Positions 23,978 to 36,085 of a DNA stretch of 64,000 nt are shown one piece after another. The notes beneath the pieces were generated by a model that saw only the letters and a list, made by a program, of their open reading frames with translations, did no database searches and was not told the DNA's origin. Each line of letters begins with the position of its first letter. Position 1 is the stretch's first letter. Origin of the DNA: Azolla caroliniana (Eukaryota; Plantae; Polypodiophyta); assembly GCA_043228905.1 (NCBI GenBank), contig JBHGNT010000012.1, positions 14,942,001 to 15,006,000 of the forward strand. The letters are read 5' to 3'. Position numbers and translations under genes: made by a program.

Positions 23978-26900
23978 TGTTGGGATTACGGTCCCTCCGG
24001 ATGGGATGTCCGGAGATGAATGACGGCAAGCCCGGTTGCGGTTACGGAACCGGATGATGAAGAGTACCCGGCATGAAGCCGGATGACGAGTACCCGGATA
24101 CGGATCCGGATGATGAAGACCCCGGTTACGGAGCCGGATGATGAATGTACCCGGAGAGAGAGATCCGGATGCGGGGACATATTTATACATATGTTTGCCA
24201 AGAGCCCTTGAGGCTATATTTGTAAATAGCCCGAAAGTCATATGTGTATAAATATGACTTAGGGCAAACAGTTTCATGTTGTTGCTCATTCTATGTTCTA
24301 GCAGAGAGAGCGAAGTGAGAGCAGCCGAGAGAGAGAGAGAGAGAGAAAGGAAGAGGTCGACGCCTCTGTGTATTGCCGCCGCCTGTGGCGAAGACAGTGA
24401 GCTCAAGGTTGTTGCCTTGAAGCTTCACCATTGTACATCTCTGTGTATAGTGTGAGTTGGAGTTTGAGGACTCCCGTGGTTTTTTCCCATTTAGGGTTTT
24501 CCACGTAAAATGTCCTGTGCACTCTTCTCTCTGTAGTCTTGGAGCATTTCGTATTTCCTGTTTTCTGTGATTTGATCCTATTTCTCGGTTGTGGCCGAGC
24601 GTGGTGTCCGACAAAGTGGTATCAGAGCACGGTAACACAGAAAATGGAAGGCGGCAGCAACGGGCAGCCGGGGATGATGGTGCTGAATGCGCAGAACTAC
24701 GCCGACTGGAAGATCAAGATGGAGGATCTTTTGATTGTTCGGGACCTGTACGAACCGATTGACAGGTCGGAAATACCGAAGGGGGTACTTGAGACGGAAT
24801 GGAGGCTTCTGAACCGGAAAGCCGTTGCAACCATTCGGCAATACGTCGATGTAAGCGTTCTACAACACGTGGCGAACGACACCAACGCATATGAGATGTG
24901 GAGGAAGCTGTCGGGCCTCTACGAGAGGAAGAATGCGTTGAACCGGACCTCCCTGATGAGAAAGATAGTGAACCTCAAGTACCGGGACGGCGAGAGTATG
25001 GTGGAACACGTAAGCACGTTCATGGGATTCGTGAACCAGCTTGCGGCGATCAAGTTCCCGTTGGAGGATGCAATGCAGCCATCATCCTGATGTGTACATT
25101 GCCGGACAGCTGGGAGAACTTGGTGGTGACTCTCAGCACCTCTTGCACCGAAGATAACTTGTCTCTACAAACGGTAAAGACAAGTATTTTGAACGAAGAA
25201 GCGCGTCGGAGAGATAAAGAACCGGCCTCCGACCCGAAGGCGCTGCTTACCGAATCGGAACGGGGAAGACAATGGAACCGGAGTCCGCAAAGACGGGAGA
25301 AGTCGGGGACCCGGTCGCAGTCAAGAGGAAGACCCACATGCTTCCACTGTGGGAAGCCGGGGCACTTCCGGAAGAATTGTCGGCATTACCGAAAGGACAA
25401 CGGAGCCGACGACACCGATTCGAAGAAGTCACCGGAGAGAAACGGTGCATTCCGGGGAGCCACGGACCGGAGAGGTCCGGATCGGCGAGGGCAGGACCGG
25501 AAAGGAACGACGGCACTCGCGGCAAGTGAAGAAGAGATAATGCTCATTACCGAAGAGAGGGAGCTGAACCTTGCCGGTGAAGAGATGACCTGGGTGGTCG
25601 ATTCCGGAGCGTCGTTCCACCTGACCCCGGAGAAGAAATACTTCTCATCCTACATAGCCGGTGAGCACGGCTGTGTCCGGATGGGAAATGAAGGTACGTG
25701 CCGGATTGCCGGCATAGGAGACGTGTGGCTGATGACATCAACCGGATGTAAAATGCTGCTGAAGGATGTCCGACACGTTCCGGAGGTTCGATTGAACCTG
25801 ATTTCGGCCGGGAGGCTAGACGATGAAGGCTACACAGGTAGCATCCGGAACGGCGTAATGAAGTTCAGCAAGGGGAGCTTGATAGTGGCTCGGCCCGGAA
25901 GGTCAACACACTGTACCTGATGAATTCCCGGCTATGTCCGGAGGAGTTGAATGTGGCAGCCGACACTGCCGGTGAGCTGTGGCACAAGAGGCTGTGCCAC
26001 ATGAGTGAGAAGGGGATGAAGAGGCTTGCAGAAGACAACCTTATTCCAGTGAAGCATGTGCACCTGGAGAAGTGCACCGACTGCCTGGCCGGTAAGCAAA
26101 ACCGGGCCTCCTTCCACTCAAGGCCACCGACGAGACGTATTGCACCATTGGAGCTGGTGCATACTGACGTGTGTCAAGTAGAAACGAAGTCACATGGCGG
26201 AGCCCAGTACTTCGTAACATTCATAGATGATCACAGCCGGAAGCTGTGGACGGCACCGTTGAAGACAAAGGACCAAGTATTGTCCGTCTTCAAAGAACTC
26301 CACGCGAGAGTGGAAAGGGAATCCGGCAAGAAGCTGAAAGCGGTACGAGCGGATAACGGAGGGGAATACCGGGGGCAGTTCGAGGAGTACTGTCGCTCGA
26401 AGGGAATCCGGCTCGAGTTTACTGTGCCGAAGACGCCGGAACTGAACGGGCTGGCCGAGAGGATGAACCGGACCATAATGGAGAGGGTCCGGAGTATGCT
26501 GGCGCATGCGAAATTACCCAAGGGGTTTTGGGCTGAGGCAATGTCGACGGCGACATACGTGATAAACAGATCACCCTCAGTACCTTTGGATGGAGACACG
26601 CCACAAAGAGTGTGGACCGGTAGGGAAGTATCCTACCGGCATCTGAAGGTGTTCGGGTGTCTCGCATATGTGCATGTGGCAAAGGACCGGAGAGGAAAGC
26701 TAGATCCAAAGACCCGGCCATGCATATTCCTCGGTTACGGCAACGACGAGTTCGGCTACCGAGTATGGGACCCGGTCGACAAGAAGATATTCAGGAGTCG
26801 AGATATCATCTTCATGGAGGACAAGACACTCGCCGACTGGGAGTCGGAGAAGAAGATGAAGAGCTCCAAGTCGACCGGTGAGGATCAACTCTACAAGGAG

Positions 26901-29363
26901 CAGTCCCGACCGACAAGAGACCGGTTAGCACTCGAGGATCCGGCCGAAGACGGTGAAGAAGCAGAACCGGCCGAAGAAGATGAAAATGATACCGGAACCG
27001 GCCCCGATCCCGAAATGGATTCGGATGAAGAAGAATCGGAAGAACCGGTTACCGAAGCTCCGGAACGGAGCTATCCTCTAAGAGAGAGAAGGGCCCCCCG
27101 GAGATTTCCGGAACCAGAGCACGTGCTGCTAACCGACGAGGGGGAGCCGGAGAGCTTTGAAGAAGCAAAGCTTGACAACCATAGCCGCAGGTGGTTAAGT
27201 GCCATGCAGGAGGAGATGGATTCCCTGCATGAGAACCACACATATGAACTTGTGGAGCTGCCGAAAGGAAAACGGGCACTCCGTAACAAGTGGGTGTTCA
27301 AGCTGAAACCGGGAGATGCCGGAAACCCCCCGAGATACAAAGCCAGGATCGTGGTGAAGGGGTTTCAGCAGAAGAGGGGCGTCGACTTCGACGAGATATT
27401 TGCCCCGGTAGTGAAGATGACCTCCATCCGGACGGTGCTGAGCATAGCGGCAAGCATGGACCTCGAGGTAGAACAGATGGACGTGAAGACGGCATTCCTT
27501 CACGGTGACCTCGAAGAAGAGATCTACATGCAGCAACCGGAAGGATTCGAGAAGAAAGGGAAGGAGCACCTGGTATGCCGGTTGAAGAAGAGCCTTTACG
27601 GACTGAAGCAGGCTCCCCGGCAATGGTACCGGAAGTTCGACTCCTTCATGACCGACGAAGGGTACCACAAAACGCAGTCTGATCATTGCGTGTTTGTGAA
27701 GAAGTTCGAAGGAGGAGACTCTCTGATACTCCTCCTGTACGTGGACGATATGTTGATCGTCGGACGGGACCAGGTCAAGATAAGGATGCTGAAGAAGGCT
27801 CTTCACCGAACCTTCTCAATGAAGGACCTGGGTCCGGCGAGGCAAATACTAGGGATGCACATCATCCGAGACCGGAAGAAGAAGCAGTTGTGGCTGTCAC
27901 AGGAGAAGTACGTGACAAAGGTGCTTCACCGGTTCAACATGTCGGAAGCAAGACCGGTCGGGTCAACCCTCCCGGAAAATTGCAAGTTGTCCAGCAAGCA
28001 AAGCCCCAAGACAAAGGCTGAGAAGGAGGACATGATGAAAGTACCATATGCCTCTGCCGTCGGGAGCTTGATGTACGCAATGGTGTGTACAAGACCGGAC
28101 ATAGGATATGCAGTTGGAGTGGTGAGTCGGTACATGAGCAATCCCGGCAAAGAGCACTGGAACGCGGTCAAGTGGATACTCCGATACCTGAAGGGCACGG
28201 CAAACGTGTGCCTCCGATTCGGCTCCGGTAAGCCCGAACTCGACGGCTTCACCGATTCGGATATGTCGGCTGATGCAGATACCAGCCGGTCCACATCAGG
28301 GTATGTGATGACGTATGCAGGTGGAGCTGTTTCGTGGCAGTCGAGGCTGCAGAAGACGGTTGCGCTGTCAACCACGGAGGCGGAGTACATGGCGGCTGTT
28401 GAAGCCGGCAAGGAAATAATATGGATGAAGGACTTCATTAGAGAGCTCGGTATCCGGCAGGAGGAGTACCGACTCTACTGCGACAGTCAGAGTGCCATCC
28501 ACCTTGCGAAGAACGCGGCCTACCATTCCCGGACGAAACACATCCAGCGTAGATACCACTGGATCCGGGAAAGGATCGAAGACCAGGAGTTCGTGCTGAC
28601 GAAGATCCACACGGACGAGAACGGGTCGGATATGCTGACCAAAGTTCTCACACCCGACAAGCTGGAAGCATGCCGGAAGAGGATCGGGTTGGAGAGACAT
28701 CCCATGCCGAAGTGAAGGGGGAGTTTGTTGGGATTACGGTCCCTCCGGATGGGATGTCCGGAGATGAATGACGGCAAGCCCGGTTGCGGTTACGGAACCG
28801 GATGATGAAGAGTACCCGGCATGAAGCCGGATGACGAGTACCCGGATACGGATCCGGATGATGAAGACCCCGGTTACGGAGCCGGATGATGAATGTACCC
28901 GGAGAGAGAGATCCGGATGCGGGGACATATTTATACATATGTTTGCCAAGAGCCCTTGAGGCTATATTTGTAAATAGCCCGAAAGTCATATGTGTATAAA
29001 TATGACTTAGGGCAAACAGTTTCATGTTGTTGCTCATTCTATGTTCTAGCAGAGAGAGCGAAGTGAGAGCAGCCGAGAGAGAGAGAGAGAGAGAGAAAGG
29101 AAGAGGTCGACGCCTCTGTGTATTGCCGCCGCCTGTGGCGAAGACAGTGAGCTCAAGGTTGTTGCCTTGAAGCTTCACCATTGTACATCTCTGTGTATAG
29201 TGTGAGTTGGAGTTTGAGGACTCCCGTGGTTTTTTCCCATTTAGGGTTTTCCACGTAAAATGTCCTGTGCACTCTTCTCTCTGTAGTCTTGGAGCATTTC
29301 GTATTTCCTGTTTTCTGTGATTTGATCCTATTTCTCGGTTGTGGCCGAGCGTGGTGTCCGACA
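23978..29363 (+). mobile_element. Full-length, very young Ty1/Copia LTR retrotransposon (copy 2, same family)
   Basis: LTRs 23978-24613 and 28726-29363, apparently identical except for one GA unit; TSD AAGAG; PBS TGGTATCAGAGC at 24617; PPT GAAGGGGGAG. Confidence 0.97.
24644..28715 (+). pseudogene. Copia gag-pol polyprotein with two 1-bp deletions (about 25077 and about 25893)
   Basis: ORFs 24539-25090, 24898-25920 and 25920-28715 align end to end with the copy 1 protein; ATGCAGCC vs ATGCAAGCC, and CTCGGCCCGG vs CTCGGGCTCGG. Confidence 0.9.
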
Positions 29364-30354
29364 AAGAGGACATCCTTCTAAAAAATGTCTCCATTGTGCA
29401 AAAGAGTCTACTAGTGCTAATAGCTCCTTGTCATATATCTCGTAGTTGATTTTGGTGACATCAAATTTCCGCGAGTGGAAAGCCACGAGATGTAGCTTCT
29501 CATCGTCTCCTTGTTGTGACAAAATACTACCGAGGGTGAAATTTGACACGACTGCCGCAATAATAAATGATTTATGCGGATCAACATGAGCTACAACAGG
29601 AGCCGATATAAGTGATTTCTTGAGACCCTGAAAAGCCGTGTCTGCTTCCTTCGTCTAAACAATCGATTACCCCTTCTTTGTAAGTTGTGTGAGTGACAAA
29701 ATAAGCTTTGAGTAGTGGACTTGTATGAACTTGCGATAGAAATTTGTGAATCCTAAAACGCATTGCACATCTCGCAACGAACCCGTAGTCTGCCACTCTA
29801 ACAAAGTTTGGACTTTAGTTGGATTCATAGAGATGCCTTCCGAGGAGATGACATACCCTAGAAATTCCACCTGGTTTGTTAAGAGTCTATTACTAATCAA
29901 TAGACCAAATCAAGTAAAAAGGAAGAAAATAGATTGGATAGAAGAACCCGTTCCACCCGACCACCCCCGAGCTATAATCTAGACATAGCCAACCTACCAC
30001 CGACGTCCCATACCGCCGGATATTAGGATGACTAATACCTTGGAAGAGATAAACACGATCGTCGAGACGAAAGCCTAGCCCGCACCACCGGTGTCTACGA
30101 CAGCAGCCTTCCGACGTGATCCCTATGAGGGTAGCTAAGCCTCATATTTATACCTTTTCCTAGGCCCCTTGAATAGATGTGCCTTTCTAAAAGGCTCTCT
30201 ATTCATTGGTTGTCTAAATCATGATAGTGCATGCACATATCATTCATTCTATCCAATCATTAGTCCCCTTTTTAATAATAGTGAACATACCCTTCACTAA
30301 TGTAAATATTAGTGACCTACCCTCACCAACGTTATGTGTACATAACATACTCCC

Positions 30355-33300
30355 CTACTTCAAAAGATTGCACTCTTGCAATATAAAGTGAGGAAATTGT
30401 GCCTTAAGCGAATGCTCGCGTTCCCATGTGGCATCATCAATAGGTTTATCCATCCATTTGATCTTGAATAGCCGAATCTCTTTAGAACGTAAACGTTTAG
30501 TACGAGAATCAAGAATTCGTTCAGGGACATGAGGTTTGTAAGAAAAATCCTCTAATGTTACAAGATCTTGGATTGTGATGGTGTTATCACCAGAGCCTAA
30601 AAATGGTTTTAGACGACTGACGTGAAAAACAGGATGAATACCAACGTTACGAGGTAAGGCAAGGTGATAAGCAGATGACCCAACTCGCTTAAGGATTTCA
30701 AATGGGCCACAATATCGTGGGGCTAACTTAGCGCACTTGCCCGTAGATAATGACGTAGAATCAGTCGGGACACGCAAAAAAACTTTTTGACCAATAGTAA
30801 ATGCACGAGGACGTCTATCCTGATCAGCATAAAATCGAGCACGATCTTGAGCTGTCTTGACATTTTCTTTGGCAATATGCAACATTTGGTTCATGTCTTG
30901 CAAAAAATTGCGTGTACTATCTAATGTATCACGATGAATCGTGACATCAACTGGGGCACGTGGCTGAAAACCATACATCAACATAAAAGGACTATATCCA
31001 GTGGATGTATGTTTAGAGCTATTATAGGCAAATTCTAAGATAGGAAGGTATTGCTCCCACTTAGAAGGGGTTTTTGCTACATAAGCTCGAAGCATGTCCT
31101 CAATAATTTGATTAACTCGTTCAGTTTGTCCATCAGACTGAGGATGATCTGCGGAACTCATGCTCAACGTAGTTTCTAGTTTCTTAAAGACCTGAGTCCA
31201 AAAGTCACTAGTAAACTTGGAATCTCGATCACTAACAATATCCATCGGTAATCCATAAAAACGAAATAACTCATCAACAAATTGATAAGCCAACTGTTGA
31301 GCGGTTACCGTGGTTTTTGTAGGAATAAATCTAGCTAATTTTGTTAGCCTGTCAACGACAACCCATATGGCATCATGACCCCTCTGTGTACGAGGTAAAC
31401 TAACAATAAAATCCATCGAGATACTTTCCCATTTATTGTTGGGAATATCTAAGGGATGTAAAAGACCAGCAGCTTTAAGTCGTTCCGACTTATTAATCTG
31501 ACATTGTAAGCATTGAGTTACGTATTTATGCACGTCAGAGCGCATCTTAGGCCAGAAAAAAGTACACGAGATGAGAACGAGTGTGCGTTGTATTCCAGGA
31601 TGACCAGCAGATGGTGCATCATGACATTCATGAAAAATTTTCTGTTTAACATTTGGTAAATCTGGAACACAGACCTTTCCACTACGGTAGAGCAAACCAT
31701 TTGTAATGTGAAAGGTCGCCTTCGAGGGTAGGGTGCTAGTATCGGCATCTAAACCAGATTCGGCTTTCGTCCAGTATTTTGAGAAATAACTGTCATCAAG
31801 GTATTTCCCTCGAAGGTGATCTAAAAGATCAGATTTTATTTCCGTGAAGCTAAGCATGTTAACTTCTTTAATGCGACTAAGAGCATCAGCAACGGTGTTC
31901 ATAGAACCCTTGCGATATCGTATGGAAAAATCAAAATCTTGCATAAGGTCAGCCCAACGACCTTTACGACCAACAAGATCGGGCTGGTCACAAAAATACT
32001 TTAATGATTGATGGTCTGTTGTAACCACAAATTTATTTCCATAGAGATAGTGCCTCCATGTTTTAAGTGCGTGTATCACCGCAAACAACTCTTTCTCTTG
32101 AACCGAATACCGAGATTGAGCAGCATCCAGCTTCTTACTTTCAAAAGCAATAGGGTGACCACCTTGATAAAGAACGGCACCAATAGCATAATCACTAGCA
32201 TCGGTTTCAATTGAGAAAGGCTTAGAAGGGTCTGGTAATAGAAGAGTGGGAGCCTGACACACATGCTCCTTGAGTGTCTCAAATGATTTGTCAAGTTGTT
32301 CATTCCATGAAATTGGTTTGACAGACTTACGTGGATGACCTTTTAAAAGGTCAGTTAATGGCGTAGTCAATTTGGAATAGTTACGAATTGATTTTCGTAA
32401 AAATCCAACAAACCCTAAGAATGATCTAAGTTCACGAATATTACGAGGAATGGGCCAAAGTTTAACCTTTTCAATACGAGAAGGTTCAATTTCAACGCCA
32501 TTTTCTGTAATTAAATGACCTAGGTACACAATAGATTTTTGGAAGAAGTCACATTTTGAATGTTTTGCATAGAAAGAGTTGTCACGCAACTTTCGCAAAA
32601 CAAATCGAACATGTTGAACATGATCTTGCAAGGTACGGCTATATATCAAAATATCATCCAAGAAGACGACAACAAAATCACCGAGTTGATCTCGGAAAAC
32701 ATCATTCATCGCTTGTTGGAATGTGGCTGGAGCATTAGTCAACCCAAACGGCATGACTAAAAACTCATAATGGCCATAGCGCGTACGAAAAGCGGTTTTA
32801 GGAATATCATCCTCGGCGATGCGAATCTGATGATAACCAGTTCATAAGTCAATTTTCGTAAAATATCGAGCCCCGTGCAAACGATCAATCAAATCATCGG
32901 CACGAGGTAATGGATATGCATTCTTAATTGTCATTTTATTCAAACGGCGATAATTGATACACATTCGCCACGAACCTTCCTTCTTCTTGACTAATAGAAC
33001 TGGCGCACCCCAAGGTGATTTACTATACCTAATGTGGCCCATACTCAAGTATTCCTTAAGTTGTTTTAGCGATCTCATCCTCTTCTAATCGACTAAGTCG
33101 GTAAGGTGGAATGCTCACAGGAGCAGGCCCAGGGATGAGTTCAATTTGATGGTCCACATTACGTTTAGGTGGTAAAGTAAGCGGTAATTCAGTAGGAAAC
33201 ACATCTTGAAAATCCTCTAAAATAGAGTCGAGTAATCGTTGCTCAAAATGTGGTAATTGTGTGGCGTCAATATTAAAATAATAAAATTGAACCGCAGGAT

Positions 33301-34760
33301 CAATTACACACGAATAAATTAATGAACTAGAATACTCACTTAAAGATTTAGAAGACACAAGTGAATGAGAAGGAAGTTTGGAACATTGAATAAAATGTTT
33401 ACAATTATTAAGTTCAAATGTGATTGAGTGATTAACCCAATCAATGGACAAAGAAGGGTTTTTATTAAAAACCCAAGGATATCCTAAAATGACATCTGCG
33501 GATTGTAATTTCATAACATGAAAGTCAAGCTTCTCCAAATAAGTATCTATTTGAATTGGCAGTTGACAAACAATGCCACTGATGTATTGAACGTTTCCAT
33601 TTGCCATGTGAACTTGATAGATATGATCACTTGCGTTTATGTGGAGCTCCATTTGCTGCACAAAGTGATCATTAAGAAAATTGTGAGAACTACCGGAATC
33701 AAACAAGAAATGTGCTTGTGTTCCATTGATATATCCGACTGCTCGGAGTAAATCATTAGGTCCAAGTAAATGTGAAGGAAAAGTGCATTCACATAAACTT
33801 AAGTGATTGGTATGAACTTCAACAATATCAAAAGACTCACCTGTGTGACTCGTAGATTTGTCTTGAGGAGGGGTGTTCATTGACTTCCTCTCAAGACGAC
33901 GACAGGTATCCTTTGTGTGGCCCCGCTTCTTGCAATATGCACAGAAGAGGTTCGGTTTCTTTGAGTCGCGGTCAAGAGTGTCACTGGATTGCTTACGTTT
34001 CCCAATGAACTTGACATTCGGAGCTTTGGCGAACTCAGGTTTATTGTGGTCTTTCTTGGAAGTCCTATGGTATCGCAGCACAATGTTGACGGCTTCCTCG
34101 AAAGTTGTGGGGTCCTTGTCATGGACAATCCAATGATAATCCCCATTGGGAATACCATTCAAAAAACAAGCGACAAACCATTTCTCACCCGTAAGTCCCG
34201 ATTTTTGGATCTGGGTCCGAGTGTGATGCACATAATCCTCGAGAGAGGTAAATGGCTTACTAGACAATGTGAGCAAGTGTTGCGCTTGTTCGGTTTGAGA
34301 AGGTGGCTGCAAGAATTGTTTCTTAAAAACATCAACGAAACCTTCCCAAGTTGTGGGTAAGTTTTTTTGCGGTCCTTAGGCCACGCCACCAAGCAGCAGC
34401 TCGGCCACCTAACTCACGACCGACATAACCAATTTTTACTGCATCGGGCTTGGGATGAAGCTCAAAGTGAGACTCCCAACGACCAAGCCAAGTGCTAATG
34501 GCCTCCTCGGTTCTTTCTTTCTTATCTCCCTTGAAAGGCGTGACTACGAAGGAAGGTTCACCTTCTTTCTTGGACTCAATAGTTAATTCTTGGAATTTCT
34601 TTTCCAATGCCATATTGGCCTGTCTCATTTCGGCCAATTGATTCAAGGTAGTAGTGAGCAATTGCTCAATAGTGATCTCAGCTTGTGTGCGAGATGCGGA
34701 TTGGGGTTGAGAGGTCTCATTTGGAGAGATCGTTCCAACTGCGTTGAAAACTTGTTCCAT
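30355..34760 (-). pseudogene. Gypsy gag-pol-chromodomain polyprotein with 2 homopolymer frameshifts and 1 nonsense codon
   Basis: CAYCKKRGHTKDTC, FLFDSGSSHNF, MPFGLTNAPATF, VVFLDDILIYS, ETDASDYAIG, ISMDFIVSLP, HPQSDGQTER, GPF and chromodomain ERILDSR...FKIKW...DATWE. Extra A at about 34365 and about 33066; TGA at 32842-32844. Confidence 0.92.
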
Positions 34761-35760
34761 GATGCACGCTGTGGGTATGCAATAAAATAAGGAGGTTCAG
34801 AAAATACACAAGCAAAATGAATGCTTGAAATTTTGATTGAAAGAACTTTATCCAAGAAAGTATCTCATGTCTTTACCCCTCTAGACATATGAGATGTGAT
34901 TCGAGATCCGATAACTATGGTAACACTATGGTGTTTTAAAAACCATGGGGGAAAACATAGCTAAGATGTATTTCTCGGATCTCTATCTTGAGTAATCATG
35001 GCGGCTCCCCGAGGCTCAACCATGGTTCTTACATCAATGAAATTTCCTAGATAGCCTTATATTAATGCCAACCCATCATGTATTATATGGTCGAGAAAGT
35101 GTATTACGTGAAAAAACAAGTGCACTCACAAGTAATATTCTAGTCTTGCGAGCAATAAGCAAACGTGATGATAAAATGATAAAATAAGGCACGACTCATA
35201 AGAGTTAAGTAGTGACGAAAACAAGGGTAAAAAAAAAAAAAAAGAACCCATGTGTTACATACGAAAAAAACAATGTCCCAAATAAATGGGAAGTGCAAGG
35301 TATGCACATATACATCCCAATATGATTGTTATAACTTGCACAATTGTGACATAAGCCACAAATTGATACAAGTGATGACGGTGTTGTGCGCAAAGATGTA
35401 ATACTCAAATCCATGAGTAAAACATCAATAAGGGAACTCATATGGTTTTACTCGTTTTCTAAGGCTTGATGATAAGAGTTAAACCTAGATGACCCGTTGA
35501 AAAAAAAATCGTTCAACAAGCCACTCCATACGAAAAAAATAGTCTACACGTAAAGGTTACATTAAAATAAACGATGTAAATACTTTATACATGAAAAGGA
35601 AGTGGAAAAAGGAGAGTTAATTGTGGGCGGGTAAATAATAATTACTAGAAAATCATATAAGTGAAACAATACTTATGAAATTAAAATTTAATTAGAATAA
35701 TCAACAATTAGGTGTATGGAATCAAACATGCCCTAAGATACGAAACCCTAGGGTAGTTGA

Positions 35761-36085
35761 CATGCACCTCCTCAAGACCACCACATATCCCTAGAATCGG
35801 CCAAGTAATGGCTAATTAAAGAGGAAAGTGGCATAGGTAAGTGACATATACCTCGTCAAGGCCACATCATCCCTTAGAATCGGCCAATTGATGGCTAATT
35901 AAAAAGGAAAGTGGCATATGTAAGCTACATATACCTTGTCAAGGCCACAACATCCCATAGAATCGGCCAATTGATGGCTTAATAGAGAGTAGAGTGGCAT
36001 AGGTAGGCAACATACACCTCGTCAAGGCCACATCATCCCTTAGAATCGGCCAAGTGATGGCTCAATAGAGGGGAAGAGTGGTATA
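35761..36085. repeat. About 83 bp tandem repeat (4 copies) in the 5' UTR of element C
   Basis: Units start at 35761, 35845, 35928 and 36011; core CAAGGCCAC...TAGAATCGGCCAA(G/T)TGATGGCT...AGTGGCATA. Confidence 0.88.

Noticed and set aside
18241-29394. Many antisense and overlapping ORFs within the Copia elements
   Set aside because: Shadow ORFs from GC/CCGG-rich codon usage, with no recognisable domains.
33056-34370. Programmed ribosomal frameshifts in element C
   Set aside because: Both shifts are one extra A in A-runs, in mid-gag and just before RT rather than at a gag/pol junction. Mutation or homopolymer sequencing error is more likely; the same applies to the two 1-bp deletions in Copia copy 2.
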